Shown: positions 13,316 through 24,901 of the stretch, in pieces | Layout: every line of letters starts with the position of its first letter | How positions within the stretch are numbered: position 1 is the first letter of the stretch | Assembly (NCBI GenBank): GCA_036785375.1 | Contig: JAWMAR010000070.1 | Coordinates: 4,712,001-4,776,000 of the forward strand | From: Leucoraja ocellata | Taxonomy: Eukaryota | Length of the DNA: 64,000 nt | Reading direction: 5' to 3' | The notes under the pieces: model-generated | What the model saw: the letters and a program-made list of their open reading frames with translations, nothing else | Database searches by the model: none | Told to the model about the DNA's origin: nothing | Position numbers and translations under genes: made by a program

Positions 13316-13530
13316 ATGCCCCTGTCCCACTTAGGAAACCTGAACGGAAACCTCTGGAGACTTTGCGCCCCACCCAAGGTTTCCGTGCGGTTCCCGGAGG
13401 CTGCAGGTGGTTGCTGGAGGTTGCAGGTAGGGAGACTGACAAAAACCTCCGGGAACCTCACGGAAACCTTGGGTGGGGCACAAAGTCTCCAGAGGTTTCC
13501 GTTCAGGTTTCCTAAGTGGGACAGGGGCAC
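13316..13530. mobile_element. Palindromic MITE, family 1, inserted in a SINE
   Basis: About 88-bp inverted arms ATGCCCCTGTCCCACTTAGGAAACC...; second copy at 59644-59873. Confidence 0.85.
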
Positions 13531-14062
13531 AAGTGTATGGGGATCGCTAGTCGGCGCGGACTGGGTGGGCCGAAGGGCCTGTTTCAGTGCTGTATCTGTA
13601 AAGTATCTCTAAAGTAAAGCATAGTAAAGGTCTCCTCTCAGCCTCCAGCAAACCAGTTATAAAAGACCCAGCCTATCCAGCCATCCTCACATCTCGGCCC
13701 ATCCACAATAAATAATCCCAAGAATGATAATGAGTTTAGATGTAAATTTGTTCGGCAATTTTTTCAGCAGAGCTCATCGTACCAAATGCATTATACAGGA
13801 TTTGAAGCATTTAATAGGGATTGCAACAGCCATAAGATTTTTAACTCTACTTGCAACAGTCTTTTCGTCACGAACAATCACACAGTGGATTCAATTCTTC
13901 CAACAAGGCTCAGAAAGCAAACAATTAGGCTTTCACAGGGGCCTGGGCATTGTACAATGGATGCCTTGGTACTGATTTATGGGGCTAAATCTGAGGCTAT
14001 CAAAACAAGAAGTTACACTTTCTATTCTCCATTTGAGTTGAGGTCATGGTCTTGCAAGTGTG

Positions 14063-14091
14063 GAGGGGAAGTGGAAGTTTACACACAGCTG
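14063..14091 (+). promoter_or_regulatory. Putative gene B proximal promoter: tandem ETS/PU.1-like GGAAGT sites and an E-box
   Basis: GAGGGGAAGTGGAAGT and CAGCTG, about 65-90 nt upstream of the ATG, in non-repeat DNA. Confidence 0.4.
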
Positions 14092-14155
14092 CACAGAAGT
14101 AGGACCTCAGACGAAAGAGCTGCTTTTAAAGTGGAGTTAACAAGAGTAATTAGAA

Positions 14156-14195
14156 ATGGGTCTTACTCTTCTCCTGTCCGTTGTTTTTCTCTCAG
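14156..14195 (+). CDS. Gene B exon 1, signal peptide MGLTLLLSVVFLS
   Basis: GAAATGG Kozak-like start, hydrophobic leader, CAG|GTAAGA donor, phase 1. Confidence 0.85.
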
Positions 14196-17100
14196 GTAAG
14201 AAAACCATTGCCTTGCTTGGATTTTTTTAAGTGTTGGAAATTTGGATTTGTATCTGTCTGACCAAGGATCTGTTGGAATTGCTCGCAACATTCGGTTCAT
14301 CGGTACAAAATATCCTTCAACTGCCCTTCAGCATGGAATTTTCTTTTAAATTCATAAAGTTTCATTTTTAACTCTCAGAGAAATGTAATTGTGTGTGTCG
14401 GAAGGAACCTCGGATGCTGGTTTACGCAGAAGATAGACACAAACTGCTGGAGTAACTCAGCGGGACAGGCAGCATTTCTGGGTTGAAGGAATGGATGACA
14501 TTTTGGGTTGAGACCTATCAGGGAGAGCATAATTGTGAGAATAAAGGTTTTTTTTTTAAAACGTCAATTTTTGTGCAAAGTTTGGAGAATCATGGGAGAA
14601 AAAAAAACAAACATGTTTAAATGTAGTTTAAAAGCTTTCATTTCCTGTAATGGAAAATTAAGAAATTTAAAACTGGATTGAAAAATACAGATTTTTGTTG
14701 GGATTTGAAGAGGCTTTTAGATAGGTGCAAGGGGATGAAAGGAATGGAGGGGTGTATCCTGGCTAGACACAAAAAGTTGCAGTAACTCAGCGGGACAGGC
14801 AGCATCTCTGGGGAAAAGGAATAGGTGATGTTTTGGGTCGAATGAAAGATATGCAAAAATGTAACAATGATCATAGCTTTCATATATTTCATTTATTTGT
14901 TCTCTATCTCTCTATATCAACATCTATATCTCTCGTTTCCCTTTCCTCTGACTCTCAGTCTGAAGAACGGTCTCAACCCAAAACTTCACCTATTCATTTT
15001 TTCCAGAAATGCTGCCTGACCCGTCGAGTTACTCCAGCCTCTTTTGTCTATCTTTGATTTAAACTGGCATCTGCAGTTCCTTCCTACACATATAATATCC
15101 TGGCATCATGATCAGCACAGACATTGTGGGCTGAAGGGCCTGTCCCTATACGGCTCTTTTCCATGTTCTACATTAGCTAACCGCATTATCTTTTAACATT
15201 AATATTAACCATAGTACAACTACAGCAGCCAGTCATTATCCATATAAAGTGGTAGTCTAATATGGCGACCTGTTTCTGGCATTGCTGACCAGTAGTAATG
15301 AGCCCCTGCATGAATGCAATGAGGTTTAATTGAAGCAACTTTGTACACTCTTGTTTTGATCGGGGAATTTTTGTTCGATTGCATCTGTCAAAACCATTCA
15401 CGAGCCGATTAGTTTAAAGAATTTATAAATAATTCTGCTGAGCTGAATTACATGAAATGAAATTGCTTAATTATTACCGACAGGCCAAACTTGTTCAGGA
15501 TTTGGGTTTAGTTCTAGTGTAGATATACAACGTGAAAACAGGCCCTTCGGCATCATGTTCAGCACAGACATTGTGGGCCGAAGGGCCTGTTCCTGAACTG
15601 CACTGTTCTTCATGCTGTGTTCTATTAAAATGCAGTTGAAAAAATATTTATTGTTTATGAAACACTTTGAAACAACTTTGAACAATGAATGGCACTGTAT
15701 GTGTGATCGTTCTTCTGTTAATATTGTAATTTCCAAATAGAATTTCTCTGAGTTCAACCTATTTAGTCAGACAGAATCAATCAACGTATTTTTTCATGAT
15801 AGAATTGTGCTAAAAGACAGAAAGAGGAAGAGATGAGATGGCAGATCTCAGAGGTGAATTTATATTATTTGTTGGATTCATAGAATCCCTAAATCTCCTA
15901 GGGTTTAGTTTAGTTTCTTAATGTCACGTGTACCGAAGTACAGTGAAAAGCTTGCAAGTTGTGTTGCATGCTATCCAGTCAGCAAAAAGACTATACAAGG
16001 TTACAATCAAACCATCCAGTGTACAGATATGGGATAAAGGGAATAATGTTTAGTGCAAGAAAAAGACAGTTCAAAGGTCTCCAATGCAGTAGATGAGAGA
16101 AGACTGCTCGAGACCTCCCATCTAGTTGATCTAGTTTTTGATTTACATGGATCCAGTTTTAACTTAAAATGTCATTTCTTGGATTACCCACAGCCTTTGC
16201 AAAATGTTCTTAACAGATTAGCTAGGTAATGGACCACAAGTACTGAAGAAACGTCTATGATCACCATTGAAGGTGCCAGGGACAAGATAATGCTAATGCA
16301 CATTTTATATTGAATGGGTAAATGAGGATATTAGTCTGGGAGGAGTCTTCCTGAAGTGGAACGCCAGACTACATAAAAGGACTACTCTTTCTGATGTTTC
16401 TATGTGCCATTCTACACTGGTCACCCTGAATAGACAATGCAATGGAACATTTTTTAAAGAAGGACTCACTCAAATCAGTAGTGGGTGCACATTTTGTACG
16501 CTTCCATTCTCTCTGGGGTATTTAGTGTCATTTGGTTCAATGGTTGTTGAGGCAGGGACTATCTCAATGTTTAAGAAACAATTGGACAGGTAATTGGATA
16601 GGACAGGTTTAGAGGGGGATGGGCCAAACACAGGCAAGTGGGACAAGTGTAGATGGGGCATGCTGGTCAACACAGGCAAGTTGGGCCGAAGGGTCTGCTT
16701 CCACACCGTATGACCCTATGGTTCTTTACTGAAAGTGAGATCATGTCCATTTGCATTTGAAAACAAATGGACCTAAAAACTTTGCAACTATAATCACTTC
16801 CATTAAGATTGTATTTTCAGCAAAACCATACATTTAGTTTTAGTTTCAGAGATACAGCATGGACACAAGCCCTTCAGCCCACTGAGTCCATGGCGACCAT
16901 TGATTACCCATTCACACTAGTTCTATGTTATCCCACTTTCTCATCCATTCCCTACGCACTAGGGGGATTGGTGGATTGGGGGATTGGACTTATGGTGGCC
17001 AATAAACCTACAAATCACAAGGTCACAGGGAGAAAATGCAAACTAAAACATCAAACTGTCTGCAATTTGGTTTTGGACAGAAATGCAGAAGTAATCAATT

Positions 17101-17386
17101 GTTAGTCAAACAGTCAGACCAGGTGCAAGGTAAGAGAGGCTAAGATGACCTGGAAGCAAGCCCTTCAGCCCAACCTGTCCCTGCTAACCCTCACTTCTTT
17201 AATGAATGAATTATACTTTATTGCCACTTGTACCTAGGTATAGTCAATTGCTTTGTTTTTCTGGAGGACAGGTGATGCTTTGGCTCAAGTCTGAAGGGTC
17301 CCGATCCAAACATCACATATCCATGTTCTCCAGAAATGCTGCCTGACCCATCGAGTTTCTCCAAGGCAGTACACCATGTGTAGAGC

Positions 17387-17463
17387 ACCACAGCCTAGAC
17401 TGTACTCCACGTGTACGACACCACAGCCTAGGCTGTACTCCACATGTACGACACCACAGCCTA
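17387..17463 (+). repeat. 33-bp tandem repeat, about 2.3 copies
   Basis: ACCACAGCCTAG[A/G]CTGTACTCCAC[G/A]TGTACGAC repeated. Confidence 0.85.
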
Positions 17464-18028
17464 CAGCCAATACTGTACCCCACCATTGGTCACAAACTCG
17501 CTGGTCACCAGCCGCCTGCCACTGCGGACTGGGAGAGTCTGTGTTCCACGTGTACATGGAGTGTGTGACATTGCAGCCCCTGTTCCAATACCTGAAGGGG
17601 CTGCTCCTCGTCTTCTGCCCGCACTTCACCCCCACCATCCTCGTCTTTGGTTAGGGGAGAGGGTAGGAGGGCCGAAGATGTCCTGGTTGGGTTGCTCCTA
17701 GGCCTGGCCAAGCTGGCCATCCGCAAATCACAGTGACAGGCAGAAGGGGTGCTCTGCCCGAGCTGGCTGCCTGATCCTTTTGTGGGGTTACGTCCACGCC
17801 CGGGTAGTACTAGAGAGGGACTACACGCTGTCCACGCGTGCCCTGAGGGATTTCCAGGACCGCTGGGCACTGTGGGGGGTGGAATGTATCCTCGATAAGG
17901 ATACGAAAATAGTGATTTCATATTGAAGAACATTTACTTTATTTTGTGTTACGGCAGTGGGTTGTTTGTATTTTTGTGTGTATTTTGGTAAATAGTTGAT
18001 TAAAATTATTTTTGGTTTAAAAAGAAAA
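17460..18028 (+). mobile_element. L1/Tx1-clade LINE 3' fragment
   Basis: Zinc-knuckle-like ACHCGLGESVFHVYMEC, downstream LGLAKLAI, then a T/A-rich 3' UTR and A-rich end. Confidence 0.7.
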
Positions 18029-18116
18029 CATGTGTCACCATCAAAGGAGCTCATTAGCGCCCAACAGTAGCAGCGTTCCCCTCTTGTACATTTGATGCAT
18101 GTTTTTGACCTCTCAG

Positions 18117-18452
18117 TGACACACGCCGACATCAATGGGCCGAGCGTGGCAACTGGAATCGTGGGAGGCGTAGTGGAAATCACATGCAAATTCCACAAGC
18201 ATTTCAGCAGCGAACAGAAGTACTGGTGCAAAGGATACTATCGACGAAGCTGCGTGATTTTAGTTCAAACACAGGGCCTTGCGAGGAAAAGCAGAGATGG
18301 CAGAATAACGATAACAGCTGATAATAACAAAGGAGAACTTAAAATCCGAATGGAGGGACTAACAAACGCCGACAAGGGCTGGTATTGGTGTGGAATAGAA
18401 AGGTACCACCTTCTGGACCCATTATATCCTGTGGAGCTTAATGTTCGTGAAG
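18117..18452 (+). CDS. Gene B exon 2, CD300-like V-set Ig domain
   Basis: CTCTCAG acceptor, GAAG|GTAAGA donor, 336 nt. Translation includes VEITCKF...KYWCKGYYRRSC...DGRITIT...MEGLTNADKGWYWCGIER...VELNV (ORF track 18092-18463). Confidence 0.95.
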
Positions 18453-18950
18453 GTAAGATGTAGATTTGTGTTCATTCATATAATGCAATTTGTCTCTATA
18501 TTTTTGTTCAACTAAGCATATGGTTGGACACTAAACTGAACATGGAACATTAATATAGAAAAGAATATAGATGCTAGTTTCTCCCCAAACAAAGATACAA
18601 ATTGCTGAAGCAACTCCATGGGTCAGCCAGCATAGTCAAGGAGTCATAGAGTCATAACAGTGTGGAAACAGGCCCTTCAGCCCAACTGACCCATGTCCCA
18701 TCCATACTAGTCCCACTTGCTTGTGTTTTGCCAAAATCCCTCTAAACCCGTCCTACACATGTCGAATTGCTTCTTAAACGTAGCGATAGTACCTGCCTCA
18801 ACTACCTCCTCCAGCAACTCATTCCATAAACCCATCCGCCTTTGTGTGAAAAAGGTGCCCCTCAGAATCCTAACAAAGCTCTCCCCCTTCATTTTAAACT
18901 TATGCCCTCTCTGGAGATCTCTGGAGAACATGAATAGGTGATGTTTCGGG

Positions 18951-19450
18951 TAGGGTTGCCAACTTTCTCACTCCCAAATGAGGGACAAATCCCCAATGGC
19001 AATTCGTTGACCGACTGGGCCGTGGCTGGGTGAATGATGAGTTGGCCCGGGTGCTGCACTGCACACAAAGCCCGGCCGGTGGGCCAGCTGAGGAGTTTTG
19101 GCCCGGGCTGCGTGCCTTCGCGCGCAAAGTCCGGCACTCCGTCCAACTCATGAACCGATGATCGGCCATGAGAAGGAGGGGTGGTGGTGACGGCGGTAAA
19201 CCAAGTTCGGAAGGTCGGACAGCTGGCCGGGCTGCCGAACAACGGGGCCACGGGCGAGGCGCTGCTGCTGCACTCCATGGGCTGCACTACGTCTGGACGG
19301 GTGAGACAGGGCCGGACGCCCCGACCCGACAATCCACCCGACCCGAGTAGTAACAGTCAAATATGGGACAAGGGTGGTCCTGTACGGGACAAACCAATTT
19401 ATGCCAATATACGGGATGTCCCGGCTAATACGGGACAGTTGGCAACCCTA
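18951..19450. mobile_element. 500-bp non-autonomous hAT-type DNA transposon
   Basis: TIRs TAGGGTTGCCAACT / AGTTGGCAACCCTA; 8-bp TSD GTTTCGGG / GTTTCAGG (7 of 8 match). Confidence 0.85.
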
Positions 19451-20116
19451 GTTTCAGGTCAAGTCTGAATAAGGGACCTAACCCGAAACATCACATATCC
19501 ATGTTCTCCAGAGATGCTGCCTGACCCATTGAGTTACTCCAGCACTTTGAGTCTTTTTTTCCAGTGCGATTCATACTTTTGGTTTTAAAATTTGGATGAA
19601 AGGTGGGGTTTTCTTGTACCTCATCTCCCGACCTCCCAAAGCCTTTCCACCATTTACAACACATAGATCACCCATGATATAATGGTGGAGTAGACTTGAT
19701 GGGCCGACTGGCCTAATCCTGCTAATATAACTTATGAACATGAGCAGACAAGGCAGTAACATAATGGAATCATCTGCACTTGCCCGCAAGAACGCAGCTT
19801 GAATCTGGCCCGGCTCACCTGCTGTAGATTGAAGACCCACAGAAACCCATCTGGAGAATCAAAGGACACTGTTTATGAAGCCACCTTGTTAATAGATTAA
19901 CAAAGACATTAGGAGAGAAAGAAAACAATTAAAAGATCAAGGTCTGACCTGCAGTTCACTGATTTCTTTGTCACTCCGTTTGTTTTCTCTCTCTACCTTC
20001 ACTTGTTAATTTATTAGGATGTTCTTTCTGTTTGTGTTGCATTATAACAGTAAATCCACAACTCAATGTTGGTGAAATAGTGAAAGATAAAATTATGTTT
20101 TCATACATTTTACCAG

Positions 20117-20153
20117 CTCAAGCGCTACTTCCTTCGGACAAAGAAAGACTAAG
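20117..20153 (+). CDS. Gene B exon 3, stalk (AQALLPSDKERL)
   Basis: TTTTACCAG acceptor, AAG|GTAAAC donor, 37 nt, phase 1-2. Confidence 0.75.
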
Positions 20154-22621
20154 GTAAACATCAAATATATTTTTGTCATTCTGCACAAAAAATAACAAAT
20201 GGACTATATTGCGCTAAATATTGAAAGAAGGATATCAATAAAGTATGGTCAAAGAATCTTGGAGTTGTACAGCATAGAAACAGGCCCTTTAGCCAAACAT
20301 GTCTATCCTGACCATTGTACCTGTGTACCTATACACTTCACTGTATTAATTCCAAATAGCTTGGGATGGCAGGGCGGCACAGCGGCAGAGTTGCTGCCTT
20401 ACAGTGTCAGAGACTCGGGTTCGATCCTGATTAGAGGTGCTGTCTGATCGGAGTTTATACATTCTCCCTGTTACCTGCGTGAGTTTCCTCAGGGATCTCT
20501 GGTTTCCTCCCACATTCCAAAGACGGCAGGTTGGTTGGTTAATTGGTTAATCCTGTATGCATTGTAAATTGTTCCTAGTGTTCGGATACTTAGAAACATA
20601 GAAAATAGATGCAGGAATAGGCCATTCGGCCCTTCGAGCCTGCACCGCCATTCAATATGATCATGGCTGATCATCCACCTCAGTATCCTGTACCTGCCTT
20701 CTCTACATACCCCCTGATACCTTTAGCCACAAGGGCCACATCTAACTCCCTCTTAAATATAGCTGCTAGTGTATGGGAGTCGCTGACTCAGTGGGCCGAA
20801 AGGCCTGTTTCTGTGCTGTATTTCTGAACTAAATTTCAATGTCTTGCTCATTCAAATATTCATTTAGTTACCTTGTAGTATTCCTGCCTCCAGTACACAC
20901 TCTGGCAGCTTATTCCAGATACCAACTACTCTCCAAGTTACTCACCTCCTCCCTCTCACCTTAAAAATGTGCCCTCTAGTTTTTGACACCTCCACTATGA
21001 GAAACAGACTGTGGCTCTCTACAATACTGGGCCTCTCATTATTTCATATATCTCTCTATCTTGTCAGCCTCCTTTGCCAGGGAAAACAGACACAACTTAT
21101 CCAATTTCCTCCCATCACTCGTGCCTTCTAGTCCAGGCCACAGTTGAAGCAGTTCAAAGAACTTAATAGAATAAAGGGTTGTCTTTGTTAAGAAAATTTT
21201 GGTCTGGTCCAGAATTGCATATCCACTGAACCTCAGAAGACTGAAAGGTAACTTAATGAAAAGTGGAACATCCTTAAATCTGGAGATGGGGAGATTGCTC
21301 CCTCTTGTGGGAATAGTCTAGAATTTGGAGTCCATGTTTAAAAACAAGGGGCGTTCATTTAAGACTGAGATGAGAGGAAGTTATTTTCTCTCAGATGCTA
21401 TTAAGTCTTCGGAATGTTCTTCCTTGGAAGTGGAAGTGGAACCTATGACTACATTTTAAGAAGAACGGTCTGATGAGCAGGGGTATGAAAGGCTATAGGG
21501 GGACTGTTGGGGTAACGATCTTGATCGATTGATTGAAACATGCAGCATAGATACAGGCACATTTAGTCCATGCCGGCCATCGATCAGCTATTCACTCTAG
21601 TTCTATGTTATCCCATTTCCACATCCACGTCCTACACACTAGAAGCAATTTACGGAAACCAATTAACCTACGAATCCGCACGTTTTTGGGATGTGGGCAT
21701 TCTTTTTAGATATGATAGTCGCATTTAACAGGCTTTTAAATAGGGACATGGAATGGCAGGGAATCACGTGCAGGCAGATGAGATCCGTTTAACCTGGCAT
21801 CATGTTCGGCACATACATATTGTGGGCCGAAGGGTCTCTAACGGTACTGTACTGTTCTTTGTTCCATGACACCGGAGCACCCAAAGGAAACCCACGTGGT
21901 CTCAGGCAGAACGTGCAAACTCCACACAGACAGCGGCTGAGGTCAGGAGCTTATTAAAGGGCAGACAGAGCAGGTTTGGGGAGCTGAGTAGAACATTGTT
22001 CCTGATTTTTGAGCGAGTAAATATTTTTAAGATTTCCTTTCCCATCAGAGAGATGGTTCCCCTGGTGTCGGCTGTATCTATACCGACAGAGAGCAGTAGA
22101 ATGAAGGCCATTGAAGGCCCAGCATTAATTCTGATCCCACCACATAGCTCACAACCACCTCTTATGGGATGCGAGATCTTAAACTATAAGACTATAGGAC
22201 ATCGAAGCAGAATTGGGGCATTCGGCCCATCGAGTCTGCTCCGCCATTCAATCATGGCTGATTTATGTTTCCCCCTCAACTCCATCCTCTTGCCTTCTCC
22301 CCCTTTGACGCCCTTATTAATCAAGAACCTATCAATCTTCGCGTTAAAAATACCCAGTGACTTGGTCTCCACTGCTGTCTGTGCCAATGAATTCCACTGA
22401 TTCACCATCCTCGGGCTAAAGAAATTCCTCCTCATCTGCTTTCCAAAGGTACGTCCTTTTCTTCTGGGGCTGTGTTCTCTGTCCCCAGACTTTCCAACTA
22501 CTGGAGACACCCTCTCCATATACGTATCCTGTACAACCACAGGGTTCCCCAAATCCCACCCACATCTCCCTCACTCTTGTGGAAACCCTTCTACACAGAG
22601 TTGACTTTGAGCAAAGACTAA

Positions 22622-22843
22622 AGGGCCTGTCCCACTTAGCAATGTTTTCGGCAACTGCTGGCATAATTGACTGTAATAGGTCACCGAAAAATTTGCGGCG
22701 TGATGACGTATTGATGCGCGGTGTTTTTTCAAGTGTCACAACATTTTTTTTGTTGCCGCTGGATTTCGAAATGTTCAAAATCTTTTGGCGACACTGATAT
22801 GACGCCGGCAGTCGCCGAAAGAATCGCCAAGTGGGACAGGCCC
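22622..22843. mobile_element. MITE family 2 (TIR AGGGCCTGTCCCACTT)
   Basis: Terminal inverted repeats; second copy at 55028-55301. Confidence 0.8.
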
Positions 22844-23323
22844 AGAAGCCACAGGCAGTATGAGCAAGCCCAGGCCCACTGCCCACTCTGTTCCGTTCAG
22901 ACAGCTCACTCTGCCACCTTGACTGATTCTAAAAATCGTTTTCACACCTTACCCTTCCATATGTCTACGTCTCCCTCTCCCCTGATTCTCAGCCTGAAGA
23001 AGGGTCTCGACCTGAAACGTCACCCATTACTTCTCTCCAGAGATGCTGCCTGTTTCTCCGGCATATTGTGTCTCTCTTCAGTGTGAATCAGCATCCGCAG
23101 TTCCTATATACATAACAGTAAAAAAATTAAATTATGTTAGATAAATCAAAATATTGATAAACAATTGATCAATAAATAAAAATAATATAAATTAAAGACA
23201 TCAATTAATTAATTAAAGTGGGAAACATAGGATTTTTGCATACCTATCTCGTAAGAACACAATGCTGAACTGAATAGGGTCATTCTAAAGTGGCACGGTG
23301 GCGCAGCGGTAGAGTTGCTGCCT

Positions 23324-23442
23324 GTTTTTAAATTAAAAAATGTATTCAATTCTTAAAAAAATAATATTACACTACAATAAAACAAACCAGATCCCACCAC
23401 CATAGTACAATACAAACAAATATCCTTAATAAACTACTGTAC
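23324..23442 (-). mobile_element. 5'-truncated retroelement tail inserted in a SINE head, 13-bp TSD
   Basis: AGAGTTGCTGCCT at 23311-23323 and 23443-23455. Confidence 0.75.
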
Positions 23443-24284
23443 AGAGTTGCTGCCTTATCGCCAGTGGCCCTGGTTTGTTCCTGATTACGGGTGCTGTCTG
23501 TGTGGAGTTTGTACGTTCCCCCTTTGATCGCATGGGTTTTCACCGGGTGCTCCGGTTTCCTCCCCCATCCCAAAGACGTGCGGGTTTGTGAGTTAATTGA
23601 CTTTGGTAAAATTGTAAATTGGCCCTAGTGTGAGGGATAGTGCTAGTGTGCGGGATGATCACTGGTTGGCGTGGACTCGATGGGCCTAAGGGCCTGCTTC
23701 CGCGCTGCAACTCTTAAGTCTAAAGATTAAAATCTAAATGAAGAACCAGCTTAGAGAAATGTATAACTGAGGGGAATGGTATGGATATGGAATAGGGGTA
23801 ACACAGTGCTTCCCCACAGCGCCAGAGACCTTGGTTCGATCCTGACTGCGGGTGCTGTCTGTCTGGAGTTTGTACGTTCCCCCTGTGACCACGTGGGTTT
23901 TCTCCAGGTGCTCCGGTTTCCTCCCATATCCCAAAGACGTGCATGTTTATAGGTTAATTGGCTTCTGTAAATTGTCCCTAGTGGCTAGGATTGAACTAGA
24001 ATGAACGGGTGACAGTTGGTCGGCGTGGACTCGGTGGGCCGAAGCGCCTCTTGCCACGCTGAATCTCTAAACCTAAAAATTAAAAACTACTGGAATTAAA
24101 TAAATGCAAAGGAGTTGCCTGCAACTTTGACTGTACTGAGAGGTTAGAAAGTGGTACCATACATTAAATCAGAAATAATAAGATCTTGCATAATTGTTCA
24201 TTGTTATCTTTCATGTTTCTCTGATATGCGAGCCGATATGTCTGCAATTATTTTAATGATTTTCTCTTTTTCTTAACCGCCAAG

Positions 24285-24385
24285 GTTTTTCTTAATAATC
24301 GGACTAGTCTTCGGAATATTAACGATTATGTTTATCGGACTCCTGTTCCTGGTTATCAGAAAAATTAGAAAGAACAAAAATAATG
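24285..24385 (+). CDS. Gene B exon 4, uncharged TM plus basic stop-transfer (RFFLIIGLVFGILTIMFIGLLFLVIRKIRKNKNN)
   Basis: Pyrimidine tract then CAAG acceptor, ATG|GTAAGT donor, phase 2-1; about 24 hydrophobic residues followed by RKIRK. Confidence 0.88.
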
Positions 24386-24504
24386 GTAAGTTCAGAAACT
24401 AATGCAAGGTCAAACCTTGTTTCAATGGCACACACTAACCTAGGTTTTAAATGGATGTGGACACAAGGAACTGTAGATGTTGGGAACATGCATAGAGCAA
24501 GAGG

Positions 24505-24577
24505 GCCCGGATAGCTCAGTCGGTAGAGCATCAGACTTTTAATCTGAGGGTCCAGGGTTCAAGTCCCTGTTCGGGCG
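24505..24577 (+). tRNA. trnK-UUU: tRNA-Lys (anticodon UUU), intact, intronic in gene B
   Basis: GCCCGGATAGCTCAGTCGGTAGAGCATCAGACTTTTAATCTGAGGGTCCAGGGTTCAAGTCCCTGTTCGGGCG: a 73-nt cloverleaf matching the canonical vertebrate tRNA-Lys3 sequence as I recall it. No encoded CCA. Confidence 0.96.
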
Positions 24578-24581
24578 TTCA

Positions 24582-24586
24582 TTTTT
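24582..24586 (+). terminator. Pol III terminator (T5) after tRNA-Lys
   Basis: TTCATTTTT directly follows the discriminator base. Confidence 0.7.
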
Positions 24587-24901
24587 AGGGCGGGCCGGTG
24601 GCGCAGCGGTAGAGTTGCCGCCTCACAGCGCCAGTGACCCGGGTTCGATCCAGCGGGTTCTTGTCTGTACGGAGTTTGCACGTTCTCCCCATGACCTGCG
24701 TGGGTTTGCTCCTGGATCTCTGGCTTTCTCCCACACTCCAAAGACCTACAGATTTGTAGGTTAATTGGCTCGGTATAATTGTAAATTGCCCCTAGTGTGT
24801 ACGATAGTGTAAGTGTGCGGGGATCGCTGGTTGGCGCGGACTCGGTGGGCCAAAGGGCCTGATTCCGCACTGTATCTCTAAACTAAAAAAACTAAACTAA
24901 A
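24587..24901 (+). mobile_element. Full-length V-SINE abutting the tRNA-Lys terminator
   Basis: GGGCGGCCGGTGGCGCAGCGGTAGAG...GGGTTCGATCC...CTAAACTAAA. Confidence 0.85.

Noticed and set aside
13084-13612. Two ORFs with the same N-terminus on opposite strands
   Set aside because: Artefact of the palindromic MITE.
13786-14199. 137-aa ORF over the gene B promoter
   Set aside because: No recognisable domain; the real leader exon is in a different frame at its 3' end.
17387-17463. 33-bp repeats as a CRISPR-like array
   Set aside because: Head-to-tail tandem duplication with no spacers, in eukaryotic DNA.
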